Below are positions 1-13,181 of a stretch of 64,000 nucleotides of DNA, in pieces. Source of the stretch: Gekko japonicus. Taxonomy: Eukaryota. Position 1 is the stretch's first letter. Each line of letters starts with the position of its first letter. A program made the position numbers and the translations under genes. The notes beneath the pieces are model-generated. The model was not told where the DNA came from and did not search any database. It was given only the letters and a program-made list of their open reading frames with translations. The stretch is taken from positions 62,001 through 126,000 of the forward strand of contig NW_015170345.1 of NCBI RefSeq assembly GCF_001447785.1, written 5' to 3'.

Positions 1-229
1 TGAGGTAATATTGGACGTATAATGGAAGCTAGTAGTTCAAAGGAGTGGGTGTAAAGAACTGGTCTGAAAGAAGCACAAGTGGAAATCAGCAAGAGGGGCT
101 TTCTCACCTGTTCTTCCTTACTGCACCCCATTGTACTTCTCTGGCCCCAAGAGGGAAAGCACTTGGTGCCATGTGGGTGTCTGCAGTGAAAGGGGAGAAA
201 TTGAAGAAAGCACCCTCCACCCCTAGCTG

Positions 230-400
230 CTGGTGTGACCTTGGGTCAGTCATTTCAAAGCTGTTCTCTCAAGAGCAGTTCTCGAAAGAGTTCTCTCAGC
301 CCCACCTACCTCACAGGGTGTCTGTTGTGGGGTGGGGAAGGGAAAGGAGACTGTAAGCCACTCTGAGACACCTTCCGGTAGCGAAGGGCGGGGTATAAGT
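230..400 (+). mobile_element. Squam3-type SINE (3' part)
   Basis: cagccccacctacctcacagggtgtctgttgtgggg..gaagggcggggtataa; same family as 4838 and 49050. Confidence 0.75.
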
Positions 401-1611
401 CCCCACCCCCATGACTGGTTTTGATAACCTTTTAAAGCTTTAAAATTACTTTCAACTGTATTAAATGTTGAGAGCTGGATTTAGTCTCCATGAAAAAGGC
501 CTCGAGAAGTAAAACTAATAAAATGCAGTCTTCCAGTAGGATTCATTACAGCCTTCTGGGAGTTCTCTTAAATTGTACATTATATATTGTTATGAATGGG
601 GTGAGGGGGTGTCATGGAAGACATCCAAATCACAAAATTACAGCAAGAATTTAGGTAATTCACGCACCATACCAGGAAGTGCAGATGAGAAAAACTTGAG
701 TCAGCCTTTCTAAAGCAGAAAACCCATGACTTTTGTGCAGGATTACTCAAAATGATGCTGTGCCATCAAACAGGAGATTTAGGGGGGAAATATAGGTTTA
801 TGTTTTTATAGTATAATAAAATTATATAAACTAGTGTAAAGGAGGACGTTTCACACAATTACATACAGTAATCTTACATTTAACCTTGTGTTCTTTGACA
901 TTACTGCCTTTTTAAAACCCTGGACTCTTAAGCTTTCCCTTTATAAGTACAGAGTTGAATTCTGTGCCTTGCCTCTGCTGCACTTTCTGTTGCATGGGTG
1001 AAACGTGTTTCTCTTGTGCTAGGTGTTTTTGGCTCACTACTGATCTCCTGTGAGCAGAAGCAGCAGGGGAGGACCTGCAATGGAAGAGGCTGGGGTACAC
1101 GCAGAAGCAAGGCTTTGGATCTAAACCATACCACTGCCTATCGACTAAAATAGAAAGCCATAATGGCAAATCCTTACCAAATGAGCTGTATCCGTTGTAA
1201 CAGAAAAGCTTCCCATGGTTTATGTGTATGAGACAAATATCTTGGCATCAGAAATATTTAAGGCAAGAGGTTTTGAATGAGGAAGTCTTGCATAAATTCC
1301 TCTATAGACACATGGCAGATAAGCTCTGTTCAGTAAGACTTTCTTTCCAGAAATGTTTCTCCTCTTTTTGGCCATTTTAATAGGTGAAGAAGCTTCTTTT
1401 TTTGAAGCATCAAATATTTTAACCAGGCAACGAGTATGCTAGATCATACTTCAGTATTTTTAAGCAACTGATAGCTTATTCCTCAAGTTAGAGCAAATAA
1501 ATCTCACATACACCAACATGTGGAAACTTGACTATGGGCATGAGAGTTCTTTTCAAAATGCTTATCACTTGTGTTTTGTACTCCCTGCACATGGCAGGAA
1601 TACACACACTG

Positions 1612-1808
1612 CTACGTGCATAACAAGTATTTCTTAGCAATATCATTGGCCTGTTGGTGGAATAAAGCTGTGTTTATAGGAAGTGTACTTGCTGAATAAC
1701 ACTGTTTCTTTTCATTATACTGGTGTTTTAAATCTTCCAAGAAACCCACTTTCAGTTTATTGAGTTCCTGTGCCAAGCTCTTCATCTCACTTGGGGTAAG
1801 GCGATTAT
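1612..1808 (-). CDS. PSTK: PSTK exon 6 (terminal coding)
   Basis: tag|AT.., DNRLTPSEMKSLAQELNKLKVGFLEDLK..KKYLLCT*. Confidence 0.92.
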
Positions 1809-4800
1809 CTAGTGAAACAAAACAGAGCACTACTGTTCAGTCTTTGTACCACATCCTTGTACCATGCCATACTGCTATCCCAATTGAAACTGTGGCTTGC
1901 CTTTTGAGGAGTGGGGTCTGATAAAAAATGTTAGTGGAAATGTCAGCTGTTTGCTATAGTGTCATCTGAATGTGCCTTAAGGTACTACCAATATTATATT
2001 TGCGACCCACCTTTCTTACACGTGGAACCCAAATTTGCATACATGCGTTTTCCAGGATTTTTCCGTCCATCAACCCCAGATCATGATTAGCTTCAGCAAG
2101 GTTGCTGTTAGCATTTGCCTTCTAACCACACCTGGAGACTCTGAACCATATGATGCTTCCCAATCCCTGTAGTAAATCAGACCACTGGACAGTACTCCCT
2201 TTTTTAACTGGCAGCAGCCTTTTTGGGGACTCAAGTTGAGTTCTTTCCTGTAACCTACAACCTGATCTTTTAACTAGAGATTGTGAGTATTGAAGCTGGG
2301 ACTCTCTGCATGCAAATCAAATTCTCTATACCGCTGAACCACACCCACAACCCTGTAAGACATGCTTTTTGGTTATGCTACTCAGAAGCAGCACATGTTT
2401 AAAATGTAAGTCTCTGCAAGACAGCAGTTAATGTTCCTTTAGTAAACAGAAAAAATGCCTTGCTGGGCATACCTTTTGCATTCTTCATTGTTTGAGAGAC
2501 AATTTGCCTGACAGCCCGGTCAGCTTGATGAAGGAAACTGGCTGCGCAAAGAGCTCGATCAGCTTCCTAGTCAAAAGGAAAACACCTATGTCTCAGCCAG
2601 TCAAAAAGAAAAAAAAAGGAAGGTAATTCAGAGTTTTGCTACCAATCCTGCTACCTCCAAAAATGAGTTTTAGTTGCACAACACGTTTGTTTCTGCAACT
2701 GCAAAAACTGGCTTCGCACAGAGGCCTGTGTAACATTACAAAGAAATAATTCAGCTATCCACTGTCTGTCTGCAATTTTAATACATTCCTAAAAAGCCAA
2801 GGAATCAGACCACAGCACTCTTGAACGAGGCCAAAATATACCACAACTAGGTTAATTTTTTTTAATCCCACCCTGCAAAATCCAGTGAGATAGCCACTGT
2901 TTTGCCACCCATTTTCAACAACGGGTGAGGGTGTTTCTATGGATTATAATTCTAATTTTACAGCAATACCTATCCTTTGGACAAAACCAAAAGAACAATC
3001 CATTTCAAAGTACAAGATATTTTGCTACTGGATCTGTAATGCAGGGTGTGCAACTTTGCACTCCGATGCACGTTTATTTTGAAGTCCTACAGACTATAAT
3101 GGGTCGTGCACAGGATTTGACTATCCCAATGTATTTGCACAGGCACTGGCTACCCAATGTCTGGCCTCCTACGTGTTGGAAGGAGTGAACATTAAAACGT
3201 ATTAGTTTTGCAGTGACTCCACATTACCTTGAATTCTGTGTTTTCTTCCAGCGGTTTCACTGGATTTTCCAAAGTAAGAGACAACAAATTGAGCACCTGG
3301 AGACTGAATATAAACAAAATAAAAAACAGTTAAGTTGAAAATGCACCTTTATTAGAAACACTTGCCTAAGGACAGAGCATGCAATTCAGTGAAGGAATCA
3401 GTGAGAACCTTGTCAAGATCAACAGGATCATGATTTCACCATTGGGAAACCAACAAGCAAACATAGGCATAGAGGATAGAATGCCAGACTTGGAACTAAA
3501 ACTAATGTTCAAACTGCAGTTCAACCACAGCCTACAAGGCAAAAATAATAATATTAGCAGCCATCTTATGTTTCCTTTCCTCAAAACAGTAACAAAGTCT
3601 TAGGTCTTGCCAGAGGCTCCCATAAATAAATAAATAAATATGGGTGGGAACACATGGGGAGCTGCTGTACACTCAATTTTTCTTTTCTAACTAGGGCTGT
3701 AGTTAAAACTAGTTATACAAACTGTAGTTATACAAACTGGGGCCCCACAAGGAATCATGGGAAGGAGGAACAGTTTGGAAATACCCCAGCCGCCCCTAAG
3801 ATTTCACTGCAGCCCCTCCCAGAAACGTTCAGAGGCTTAAGAAGGACAATTCTTCCTACCCTCACTTTCCTGTTCCTGACACTCAGCTGCAGTCAATATT
3901 CTATGGTCCTGCAGCATGTTCAGTATTTTTGGTTAATTTACAAGTTGTTCTTTTTTTTGCACACCTGGGAATTTCCCCAAGTATACCCTTAAAAAAACAC
4001 CAAACCAACAAAATAAGCCCCAGAAGTGCTATGCAAATACAGAGTTCTGTTTGAACTCTACAACACACATGGGAACTCCTGTAGCCCATTTATTACAAAG
4101 AGTTGCTTCAAAATGGCTACATACTTATCTTCCAAAGTATATTCTGTACTCTTCAAAATGAGGCTGTTCTTCTCCCATGTGTATTTCTCTGAATTTGGAA
4201 CTTCCAGCTTCTGTGCCATTGCATGTATTGTTTCTTCAGGTAATGGCTGAGTTCTCTGACCATTTCTCTGTAGACAGACCTCAACCTGACAGTCTAAAAA
4301 CAACTGACAGAAGCCCAGTGAATCTACAAGAATTTCAAAATATTTTCATATAAGACACAGTCATTTTTATCTAATCACATTTTCTGAAACTGATACAAGA
4401 ACATCACACAAACCAGAAGCAATTTGTGTCGTCATGGAGAAAGAAAACAAAATATTTCAGAGTCTGGTCTAACAGCTTTGCAGGAACATCAGTTTTGCTA
4501 TTATGAGTCAGATTTTATATACCATGATGTGAGCAATAGTTATTTAAAGGCCAACATCTGAAAAGAGCAACGGTATTCTATTTTTATCCCATTCTTGACC
4601 CTAAAATGGCCCCCAAGAACACAAAAATAAACAGCAAGTTACAATTTCAATTCTATACAAGTGTTTGTTGTTGAACAGGACTCCCAGCTGTAGATAGCCA
4701 CAATGGATAAACGTCTGGCTACTATCTGCACTCCCCTAATTGCCAAATTAAAAGCACTTGGAAACTGAAGAGACAGGGACTTTCAGTTAGAGGGAGAACC

Positions 4801-7484
4801 AGAGGGACCCACTGATCTTGACATGGTACAGGTGTTCCCACCTCACAGGGTGTCTGTTGTGGGGAGGGGAAGGGGAAGGGAAAGGAGTTTGTAAGCCACT
4901 CTGAGACTCCAAGTGAAGGGCGGGGTATAAATCCAATCTCTTCTTCTTCTTCCAGCATCTCAAGTCATGGATAGGATGGGCTTCCAGCTAAATACTGTAT
5001 TTATTTGAAAGGAAGATGACCCTGAGTATAAGATGACCCCTCCTAAAAAAAGAGGTTATACATAAAAGGAGATGACCCTGAATTTTAAACAACCCCCCTT
5101 TTTAAAAAAAGAGCAGTATAAAGTAAGTTTTTTATTATGTAGTAATGATAAACAATACAGATGACAGAAGAAATTGATTACTTTCAGTTTTTGCACTTCT
5201 TGGCATTGTAACTATTCACAAGTAGTATTGGATCTATTTTACTGGCCAATAAGATTTGTGGCACGTATCGGCATTTAGACTTGCTTATACCCTCAATATT
5301 CATTTGGCAGATTTGGATGCAGTCTCCTATACCCCTTGTCATGTAGTCCTGAAAAAGACTGCTTGATTGGTTCCACACATGTAGTGTAGCCAGGAGATCT
5401 TATGATTGTCTGGCAGCCAGAAGTTCTAGCTCTTTAGTGTTATCCAGGGTGCACCACGAGAAGGCGAGCTAGATTTGACTTGCCACAAAGTATGGAAGAC
5501 AGCTAATAGAATATGAACAGGCTATGGCAGTTATGCAGACCTGTTGTTCAAATAGTGCAAAATACCAGAACCCAAATATGATTGTGGTGCAGCCTGCCAA
5601 ACTATTTTCCATCTAACACAGGAGTGTGAGTGTCATGCTTTCCAGGGAGAAGTGATGGAGCTCTTTGAACTCTCCAGCTGTGATTGAGTGGATTGAAAAT
5701 TTAAATATTAGTATTTAGAAGGATTGCCCAATCGGTCTGCATACCTATTGTATCAACTTGGTTACATATTTTATATTATTATATGCTTCCTGTGTGTAAC
5801 TGCCATATGATAAAATAAGTACTGGATCTCACTGTTTCAAATTTTGAAAGGCAATACATCGTCTTTTTTTAAAAAAAAAACCCAGTCAAACTATTTTATT
5901 TATTTATTTATTGATTGATTGGATTTTTACCCCGCCCTCCCAGCCAAGGCCGGCTCAGGGCGGCCTACACTACTAGGCAAAGGTTCAGATAAATTGACCA
6001 ACTGGCAGTGCAATCCTAAACAGAATTATGTATATGTTGTGCTGTCAAGTCAATTCAGACTTATGGCAACCCTATGCATTAATGACCTCCAAATTGAGGG
6101 CTTGTTGCTTCCTTGACTGAGTCTATCCATCTCATGTTGCGTCTTCCTCTTTTCCTGCTGCCTTCAACTTTTTCTAGCATTATTGTCTTTTCCGGTGACT
6201 CTTGTCTTTTTACAATGTAACTGAAGTATCATAGCCTCAGTTTAGTAATTTTAGCTTCTAGGGAGAATTCAGGCTTGATATGATCTAGAACCCACTTACC
6301 TGTCTTTTTGATGGTCCATGGTATCTGTAAAACTCTCCTCCAACACCACATTTCAAAGGAATCAACTTTCTTCCTGTCAGCTTTTTTCATTGTCCAATTT
6401 TTACATCCACACATGAAGAGGAATACTATCTTGATTTTGGTCACCAGTGACACATCATAACACCTAAGAATCCTTTCTAGCTCCTTCATGGCTGCCCTTC
6501 CCAGTCTCAAGCTCCTTCTGATTTCTTGGCTGTAGTCTCCCTTTTAGTAGATGATGGAGCTACAGAATAGAACATCTTTACACCTTTCTAAATTAATTTA
6601 AACCAGTGGACTTGGAAGGATGTAACTCTCCTTAGGAACACACTGTTAACAACCCCCTCCCACAATGTTTTCCATGGGCTAGGAAGTCACACACTTTGTG
6701 ATGGGGAGGGGGGGGTGAAACATCTCCAATCCAGCAGTGAGTTTAAATTAACCACTTCCTTTATCCTTCCCTATCTAAAATGTCCACAAAGCATAACAGC
6801 TATGGCTAATTTTGTGCTAAACTGCTGTAAACCTACTGGCTTTTTGAGTCTTTCTCCTGGGAAAAGAGCCAAACTACTAGGTAACTCCAGCCTGAAGCAC
6901 AGGGGAAGAAGCTAAAGCTGGTGTAGAGTACCAGAGCCAGAAACATGGGTCAGAGAGGCAGGAGCACATCCTCCCCCACAGCTCCTACCACTTTTTACCA
7001 TTTACCAGGCAAGGAGCTGCAGTTTTTACAGCTAGCCACCAAGACTCTCCTGCTCTCCCCACATGTGCAGTGAAGCACCATAACAATCAGAGGATCTGTA
7101 TACCTGAATGGAAGATGCACTCCCTTTTAGAAAGCCAAAAAAGGTTTTAAAAGTCATCTTCCTTTTGAGTAAATATGGTATGCCAAACTTACATTTGCGA
7201 GCTAATTGGTACACTTCGTATCTCATACTTCGATAATAAAAGTTGTCATCTAAAATGAAGTATGTTGGTCTGAGAGTGGTAATATTGATTAAATGTTGAT
7301 GAGATGCTGTGTCTTCTTCTCCCAAAGATATTAAGCCTTGCTCTTTCAAACAGCAAAGAAAATTTTTCCAAGTTACTTCAGTTCCTTTTGGAGGAGGCAA
7401 ATAATGGCATCCTTTAATAAGAGCCTGCAGAAAGTGTTCAAGGTACAGCAATAATTCATGCCTGTAGAATTTCCAGTTAGATGC
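1612..7484 (-). CDS. PSTK: Phosphoseryl-tRNA(Sec) kinase, exons 2-6 (exon 1 not visible)
   Basis: Five GT-AG exons join in phase (7484-7193, 4323-4125, 3303-3228, 2566-2473, 1808-1612). They encode ASNWKFYRHELL..LDDNFYYRSMRYEVYQLARKYSLGFCQLFLDC..LENPVK..LHQADRAVRQIVSQTMK..LAQELNKLKVGFLEDLK, matching recalled vertebrate PSTK. PAAT is nearby, as in human 10q26.13. Confidence 0.96.
2473..2566 (-). CDS. PSTK: PSTK exon 5
   Basis: 94 nt, EADRALCAASFLHQADRAVRQIVSQTMKNAK. Confidence 0.93.
3228..3303 (-). CDS. PSTK: PSTK exon 4
   Basis: 76 nt, LQVLNLLSLTLENPVKPLEENTEFK, phases match neighbours. Confidence 0.9.
4125..4323 (-). CDS. PSTK: PSTK exon 3
   Basis: tag|ATTCA..GATAA|gtatg, 199 nt, YSLGFCQLFLDCQVEVCLQRNGQR. 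Confidence 0.95.
4838..4952 (+). mobile_element. Squam3-type SINE (truncated)
   Basis: cacctcacagggtgtctgttgt..gtataaatccaatctcttcttcttct. Confidence 0.75.
6030..6578 (-). mobile_element. RTE/Bov-B-type LINE 3' fragment
   Basis: Decayed RT C-terminus (LGRAAM..SLVTKIKIV..FEMWCWRRVLQIPWT); it interrupts a short hairpin element (6006-6030 and 6580-6646). Confidence 0.85.
7193..7484 (-). CDS. PSTK: PSTK exon 2
   Basis: cag|GCATCT..AAAT|gtaag, 292 nt, contains LDDNFYYRSMRYEVYQLARK. Confidence 0.95.
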
Positions 7485-8424
7485 CTGTAAAGTAAAATTC
7501 ATATCTAAATTACAAGATACTGAATACAATCTAGAAATCAACAAGTTTTGATCTTTGTTTCAGTGCAAGGCAGACAGCAGTCATGCTCTTGACATTTTAG
7601 TACATCAATCTCCCTAAATGTCACTGTTACTTTTCTCCATCCACGGAGTATAGCCCTGTCTTACAAAACAAGCATTTTGATACACACACACACAGGTTTA
7701 GCAAAGTATACTGTGTGACCTGCTTTCAGCCAGTGTAACTATAGATATTAACTCCTAAAAGAGGTAGGTATAGAAGTCTGCTGCAACAGCAATAATAAGA
7801 GCCCCTGACCATTTTGGGGGCTTTAGTCCCCAGAATGCTGTAGCACAACAAATGTCAGCCTCTGAGGTGTTTCAAGATTCTTTCATTGATCATTAAGTTA
7901 ATATTTCTTTCCCAAGAACTGCTCTACCAACAGAAACTTAGACTCCACTTAACACTTTGCCACCACAATATATAACATTATGCTGGGATCACAGCCAGCA
8001 GTGCTAGACTAATATTTAGGATCTTAACAGTAGAATATTTAGTTTGCTTTTTTCTTCACCTTGCCAGTATTGGCACAGAGTGGCTGGGTGAGGAGCAGCA
8101 CAGGCACAATTTGCTTCACCTTATGTCAGCCCAGGCATATAGCCAACAAGAAAAGGCACAGTGGTATTCAACTTTGCTTTACCACCCTCCCTGCCTGCAG
8201 CGCAGCTGGTGATGAAGACATTGTGATGGGAGAGGGGGCTCTACTTTTTAACCATACATATTCGTATCTATAATTCATGAAACGTTTATGAAATTTAGAA
8301 TGAATTCCAAAACGGAAATGATATTGGATTAAAAATCTGAGTTTAACTGTGACAGAGGGAATATCCACAACAGCTTGGGGCGAGAAGCATTTCCTTAATT
8401 TTCGTTGAAAGGTCCCGCTATTAG

Positions 8425-8501
8425 GCACGGAAGTTTCCTTGGCCAATAAGAATGGCAGTACGTATTGGCCAATAAGAGACAAAAGTAAGCTACTGACCAA
8501 T
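8425..8501. promoter_or_regulatory. ETS motif plus three CCAAT boxes next to the gap that probably holds PSTK exon 1
   Basis: CGGAAGT at about 8428; CCAAT at about 8443, 8469 and 8497. Confidence 0.4.
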
Positions 8502-9060
8502 NNNNNNNNNNNNNNNNNNNNNNNNNNNNNNNNNNNNNNNNNNNNNNNNNNNNNNNNNNNNNNNNNNNNNNNNNNNNNNNNNNNNNNNNNNNNNNNNNNN
8601 NNNNNNNNNNNNNNNNNNNNNNNNNNNNNNNNNNNNNNNNNNNNNNNNNNNNNNNNNNNNNNNNNNNNNNNNNNNNNNNNNNNNNNNNNNNNNNNNNNNN
8701 NNNNNNNNNNNNNNNNNNNNNNNNNNNNNNNNNNNNNNNNNNNNNNNNNNNNNNNNNNNNNNNNNNNNNNNNNNNNNNNNNNNNNNNNNNNNNNNNNNNN
8801 NNNNNNNNNNNNNNNNNNNNNNNNNNNNNNNNNNNNNNNNNNNNNNNNNNNNNNNNNNNNNNNNNNNNNNNNNNNNNNNNNNNNNNNNNNNNNNNNNNNN
8901 NNNNNNNNNNNNCCCCCGCTTGAAAAGAGTGGGCTCCGGGCGTTCCGCTTGAAAAGAGTGGGCTCCGGGCGTTCGTGCCCTGCAGGAGGGGAATTGGCCT
9001 CTTGCAAGGCAGGAGCCATCGGCAAATTGGGGGAACCCCGCCCGCACCTGGGGACTGGAA

Positions 9061-9680
9061 TTCCTAGCTGGCCCTCAGTTTGCAAGACTTGAGGGAGGCT
9101 GCTAAAAATAGGACGTATAGGGCTGTCAGTCATAAATTAAGAGAAGGGTTGCGTGGTTGCCACGCATTTTTAGTCACCTGATGCGGACCAGGTATTGAGA
9201 TCGCATTTCTTGTGTCTCGACGCCACCTTTCCCCTGAATCTAAAGGACTATTGTGCCGTGAAAACAAATTTGACCAGAAGCTGTTGGTTGTAGTTGATGC
9301 TACAAAAAACTAACGCTGTAAGCAATGCTCCCTCTAAGCTGTGGAGTCTAGTGAGCAAAACTTCTACTTTGTGAGCTACTGGTATCGAAGTTGTGAGTGA
9401 GCGATTTGGCTACTGCATAAATTAGTTTGCTCTGGAGCTATCCTTCCTATGCTAAGACAAAAGTGTGCGAGCTGGAGGCTAAAAACCTGAGCTAGTTTAC
9501 ACTAACTCATTTTACAGGGAACATTGGCTGTAGGAGTGGGGGGGGGGGCTTCCACAGAGTTGCAGAGGCAGGCTATTATAATCTCTGATCTCCTTTAGCA
9601 ACGCTGAGCGGTAGGTTAGGTTGGGAGACTTGACTGCCCAGTGCTCACCCAGTAAATTTCATGGGGGTTCAAAGCCAGGC
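9061..9680 (+). repeat. Segmental duplication, copy 1
   Basis: Near-identical to 11007-11620. Confidence 0.9.
9323..9526. mobile_element. hAT-type MITE (CAATGCTCCCTCTAAG family)
   Basis: Imperfect TIRs; 8-bp TSD gctgtaag/gctgtagg; copies at 11263 and 32128. Confidence 0.8.
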
Positions 9681-11006
9681 CACCCCAAGTACAAGATCAT
9701 CCTCCAGTTCCTATACCACCCAGTTCTCCAAATGTCTTTGAAACCTGTGAAGGCCTGGCAAAGCAATGTAGGATAAGGAGTTCAATTTCTCTGGCTGTCT
9801 CTTGCACACTACAACAGCTCCCGCCCTCCCATTCCACTTATATAAGCAATGCTGCATCAGGGAGCATGGGGAGTGAGTGACAGCCTTCTTCTGTGCCAGC
9901 AGGTACAGTCAAACAATTTGAATGGCAGGGATGTTGAAAATGGTAGTAATGACTGGGAAGGTTACTATTTCATCTCTCCACCTTTAATACGGTTGATGAG
10001 TTCCAGGGTACTGTGTTTGTAGGTACTCCTGAGTACATACCAGGTTAGGAGTTTCAGCAAGTAAAAGTTATTACCAATACATAAGGAGCTGTACCTCATT
10101 AAATTTATACTGCAACCCATTGATTGCAGGCAGGTGATCACTGCTCCCCTTTACAGTTTCTCACTTTGTTTTCACTGCTTTGAACTTTCATATAGAAGAT
10201 AGCTTTGAGATCTCTGCTGAGAATACATTGTCAGATCTAGGTACAAATGCTGAAATAATGGAGGAGTTTTTTGTCTTAGCACAGTAGGTGCTGTATACAG
10301 GTTTGCCTATTCAGGTCTGTAATTCTTGTGCTGTGCAAAAATGAAAAGCCACCCAAACACTTGATATAAACAGCAAAGTGTTTAAGATTGTGTGAGAGGC
10401 GGGGGAAAGGGCGTGAGTGACGCCATCACGTCCCGGACGCGGCTCGTCCCCGCCTTTTCCCAACCATTTAAAGGGAACCCTCCCTTTAAAGGTGGGGGTG
10501 GGGGAGCGACTGCCAAACTTTCCTGCCCTGCAAGAGGGGAACTAACGTTTTGCACGTCAGAAGCCGGCGCCCCCCCCCGGAAAAGAGCAAGTGCTGGGTA
10601 TTCCTGCTCCGCAAGAGGGGAACTCGCCTTTTGCAAGGCAGGCGGATTTACAGATATACATTCTCTACTTGCTTAGCCCAGTATTCTTAACTGTGTTGAG
10701 CAAGAAGAAAATGCATTTTTCGCCCTAGCTTTTCTTCCCTCCACAAAGTCAGGGGCACCCGAGAGCCAACAACCTGGGAGGAGCTGCTTCAGAATCCAAG
10801 GGCAGGAGGCCCTCGTTCTTCCCTTGGTGCGTCTCTGTGCACATTAGAAGCCGTGGAGGTGCCTGGGCTGCCCCAGCTTGGATCATGATGCTGGAAAACA
10901 GGATCATTTCTCCTCTCCCTCCAAAGCAAAGTTTATATCTCTGGTATCTGGTGCTACATTTTATGACACACATGACCTGCAGGGCTGGCTCACCTGCTAG
11001 GCAAAC

Positions 11007-11620
11007 TTCCTAGCTGGCCCTCAGTTTGCAAGACCTGAGGGAGACTGCTAAAAATAGGACGTATAGGGATGTCAATCATAACTTAAGAGGAGGTGGTTGC
11101 CATGCATTTTTAGTCACCTGATGCGGACCAGGTATTGAGATCGCATTTCTTGTGTTTCGACGCCACCTTTCCCCTGAATCTAAAGGACTATTGTGCCGTG
11201 AAAACAAATTTGACCAGAAGCTGTTGGTTGTAGTTGATGCTACAAAAAACTAACGCTGTAAGCAATGCTCCCTCTAAGCTGTGGAGTCTAGTGAGCAAAA
11301 ATTCTACTTTGTGAGCTACTGGCATCGAAGTTGTGAGTGAGCGATTTGGCTACTGCATAAATTAGTTTGCTCTGGAGCCATCCTTCCTGAGCTAAGACAA
11401 AAGTGTGCGAGCTGGAGGCTAGAAACCTGAGCTAGCTTACACTAACTCATTTTACAGGGAACACTGGTGGTAGGAGTTGAGGGGGGCTTCCACAGAGTTG
11501 CAGAGGCACCCCATTATAATCTCTGATCCCCTTTAGCAAAGCTGAGCGGTAGGTTAGGTTGGGAGACTGACTGCCCAGTGCTCACACAGTAAATTTCATG
11601 GGGGTTCAAAGCCAGGTCCC
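11007..11620 (+). repeat. Segmental duplication, copy 2 (includes MITE 11263-11466)
   Basis: Near-identical to 9061-9680. Confidence 0.9.
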
Positions 11621-12104
11621 CCGACCAGCAGCAGGTCTGCGCAGGTGCAGAGGCTGCTGCTGCCACCACCAGCCCCAGCTGCGTGCTTGTTCGCCTGCCT
11701 GTCCGTCGCCCTCCCACTTCGAATGCTCACTCAAGCCTACCTTCCCGGGCGCCTCCTGCCTGCTGGGCTGCTGCTTCTCGGACAGGGAGGGACGCCTCGG
11801 GTGGGACCAAGGTAAGCGGGACGGGAGAGGAGGGGCGAGACTGGCGAGCCCCCAACCTCTCCCGCCTGGTGGCTCCCACCTCTCCCGAGTCCCTATGCCG
11901 GCCACCTCGCCACTCGTCTCCCGCCCAGTGGCTCCGGAGAGCAAGGAGCTGGCCAGCTGGGAGGTCTCCAGGCCCCACCAGGAGGTTGGCATCTGCACCT
12001 CGCCTAGGGCGCAGAAACACCTTGGGCTGGCCCTGATGACCTGGCCTGACAAAGTGACACTTATGTCAGATCTGGCCCTCATAACAAATGAGTTCGACAC
12101 CCCT
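11621..12104 (-). mobile_element. Truncated hAT-type DNA transposon (CAGGGGTGTC end)
   Basis: Right end is the reverse complement of the 13631 element's left end; GC-rich interior. Confidence 0.65.
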
Positions 12105-12628
12105 GCTCTAAGTATTCATTATTTCTCAGAAAGTTAACTAATCATCTATAGATTGGCTTAGACTATATCACTCATTCTAGTTGTGTTCAATGTTTAACAC
12201 ATTTGTATTCATCATTATACTGTCTTGCTTCTGGCTCCCCTGATGGTATGTCACAAGGTTTGACACTGGAAAGCTTTAAATTAGTCTTGAACAATAATCT
12301 TTCAGAGAATATAAATTTAAAGAAGGCATGCACAACTTACAACTCATCAAGCCAAACATGCCTCACAAGCCAGATGTGATAGCCTATGAGGGGCTCAGAT
12401 CTCATGCATTTGTTGCCTCCCTGTGATTACAAACACAAGAATCCGACAGGCTAGGGGGTTGTGTTTGGATGGAGTGGGTCATAAATTGTGCTGACCAGTC
12501 TTAGAGATTTAACTATTCTGCATAATGTGTACATTCTAGAACAATCTATATAGGAAAATCTAACACTTGAGCAAAATCTTTTTTATAGATATCCAGAAAT
12601 TATGTCTCTTTCACATCATACATTTACC

Positions 12629-13022
12629 CAGGGCTTTTTTTGTAGAAAAAGCCCAGCAGGAACTCATTAGCATAATAGGCCACACCCAACAGTAGAAACT
12701 CATTAGCATATTAGGCCACACCCCTGACAGCACAGCTCATTGGCATATTAGGCCACACCCCATGTTACCAGAAGTGTGCTCATCCAGCCACACCCACCTT
12801 TCCCTTCTTATTCTGTTTACCTTGTTTGTTGTCCAAACCCAGGGCTTTTTTGTAGCAGGAACTCCTTTGCATGTTAGGCCACACACCCCTAATGTAGGCA
12901 ATCCTAATGAGTTTCTGCTGTTGGGTGTGGCCTATTATGTTAATGCGTTCCTGCTGGGCATGGCCAACTTGGAAGCCAGCCGGAACTCCGTTCCTGTGCG
13001 TTCCTGTCCAAAAATAGCCCTG
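12629..13022. mobile_element. Non-autonomous hAT element (CAGGGCT termini)
   Basis: cagggctttt..aaatagccctg; perfect 8-bp TSD catttacc; internal repeats of ctcattagcata..ggccacacc. Confidence 0.88.
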
Positions 13023-13181
13023 CATTTACCCAACCAGAGATAATGAATGATTAGTAGACACGGTGATTGGTTTAAAGCAGATACATAATAGTAAGGATAC
13101 AAACTGTTTTTGCCCCAGAAAACCACGTTCTGTTTGTTTCCTTTCATTCTGTGATGAAATAGGGGCTATTAACCTCTAGGT

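Noticed and set aside
912-1169. Minus-strand ORFs downstream of the PSTK stop
   Set aside because: No homology recognised and no consistent splice support; probably 3'UTR.
2701-2730. Short resemblance to PSTK exon 5 (aaactggct.cgca.aga)
   Set aside because: Too short to distinguish from chance.
8168-9133. Long ORFs (321, 217 and 185 aa)
   Set aside because: They are open only because they run through the N gap.
11598-12137. Overlapping GC-rich ORFs as possible PSTK exon 1 or a novel gene
   Set aside because: No Walker A/GLPxxGKS; the region is the interior of a hAT-type element.
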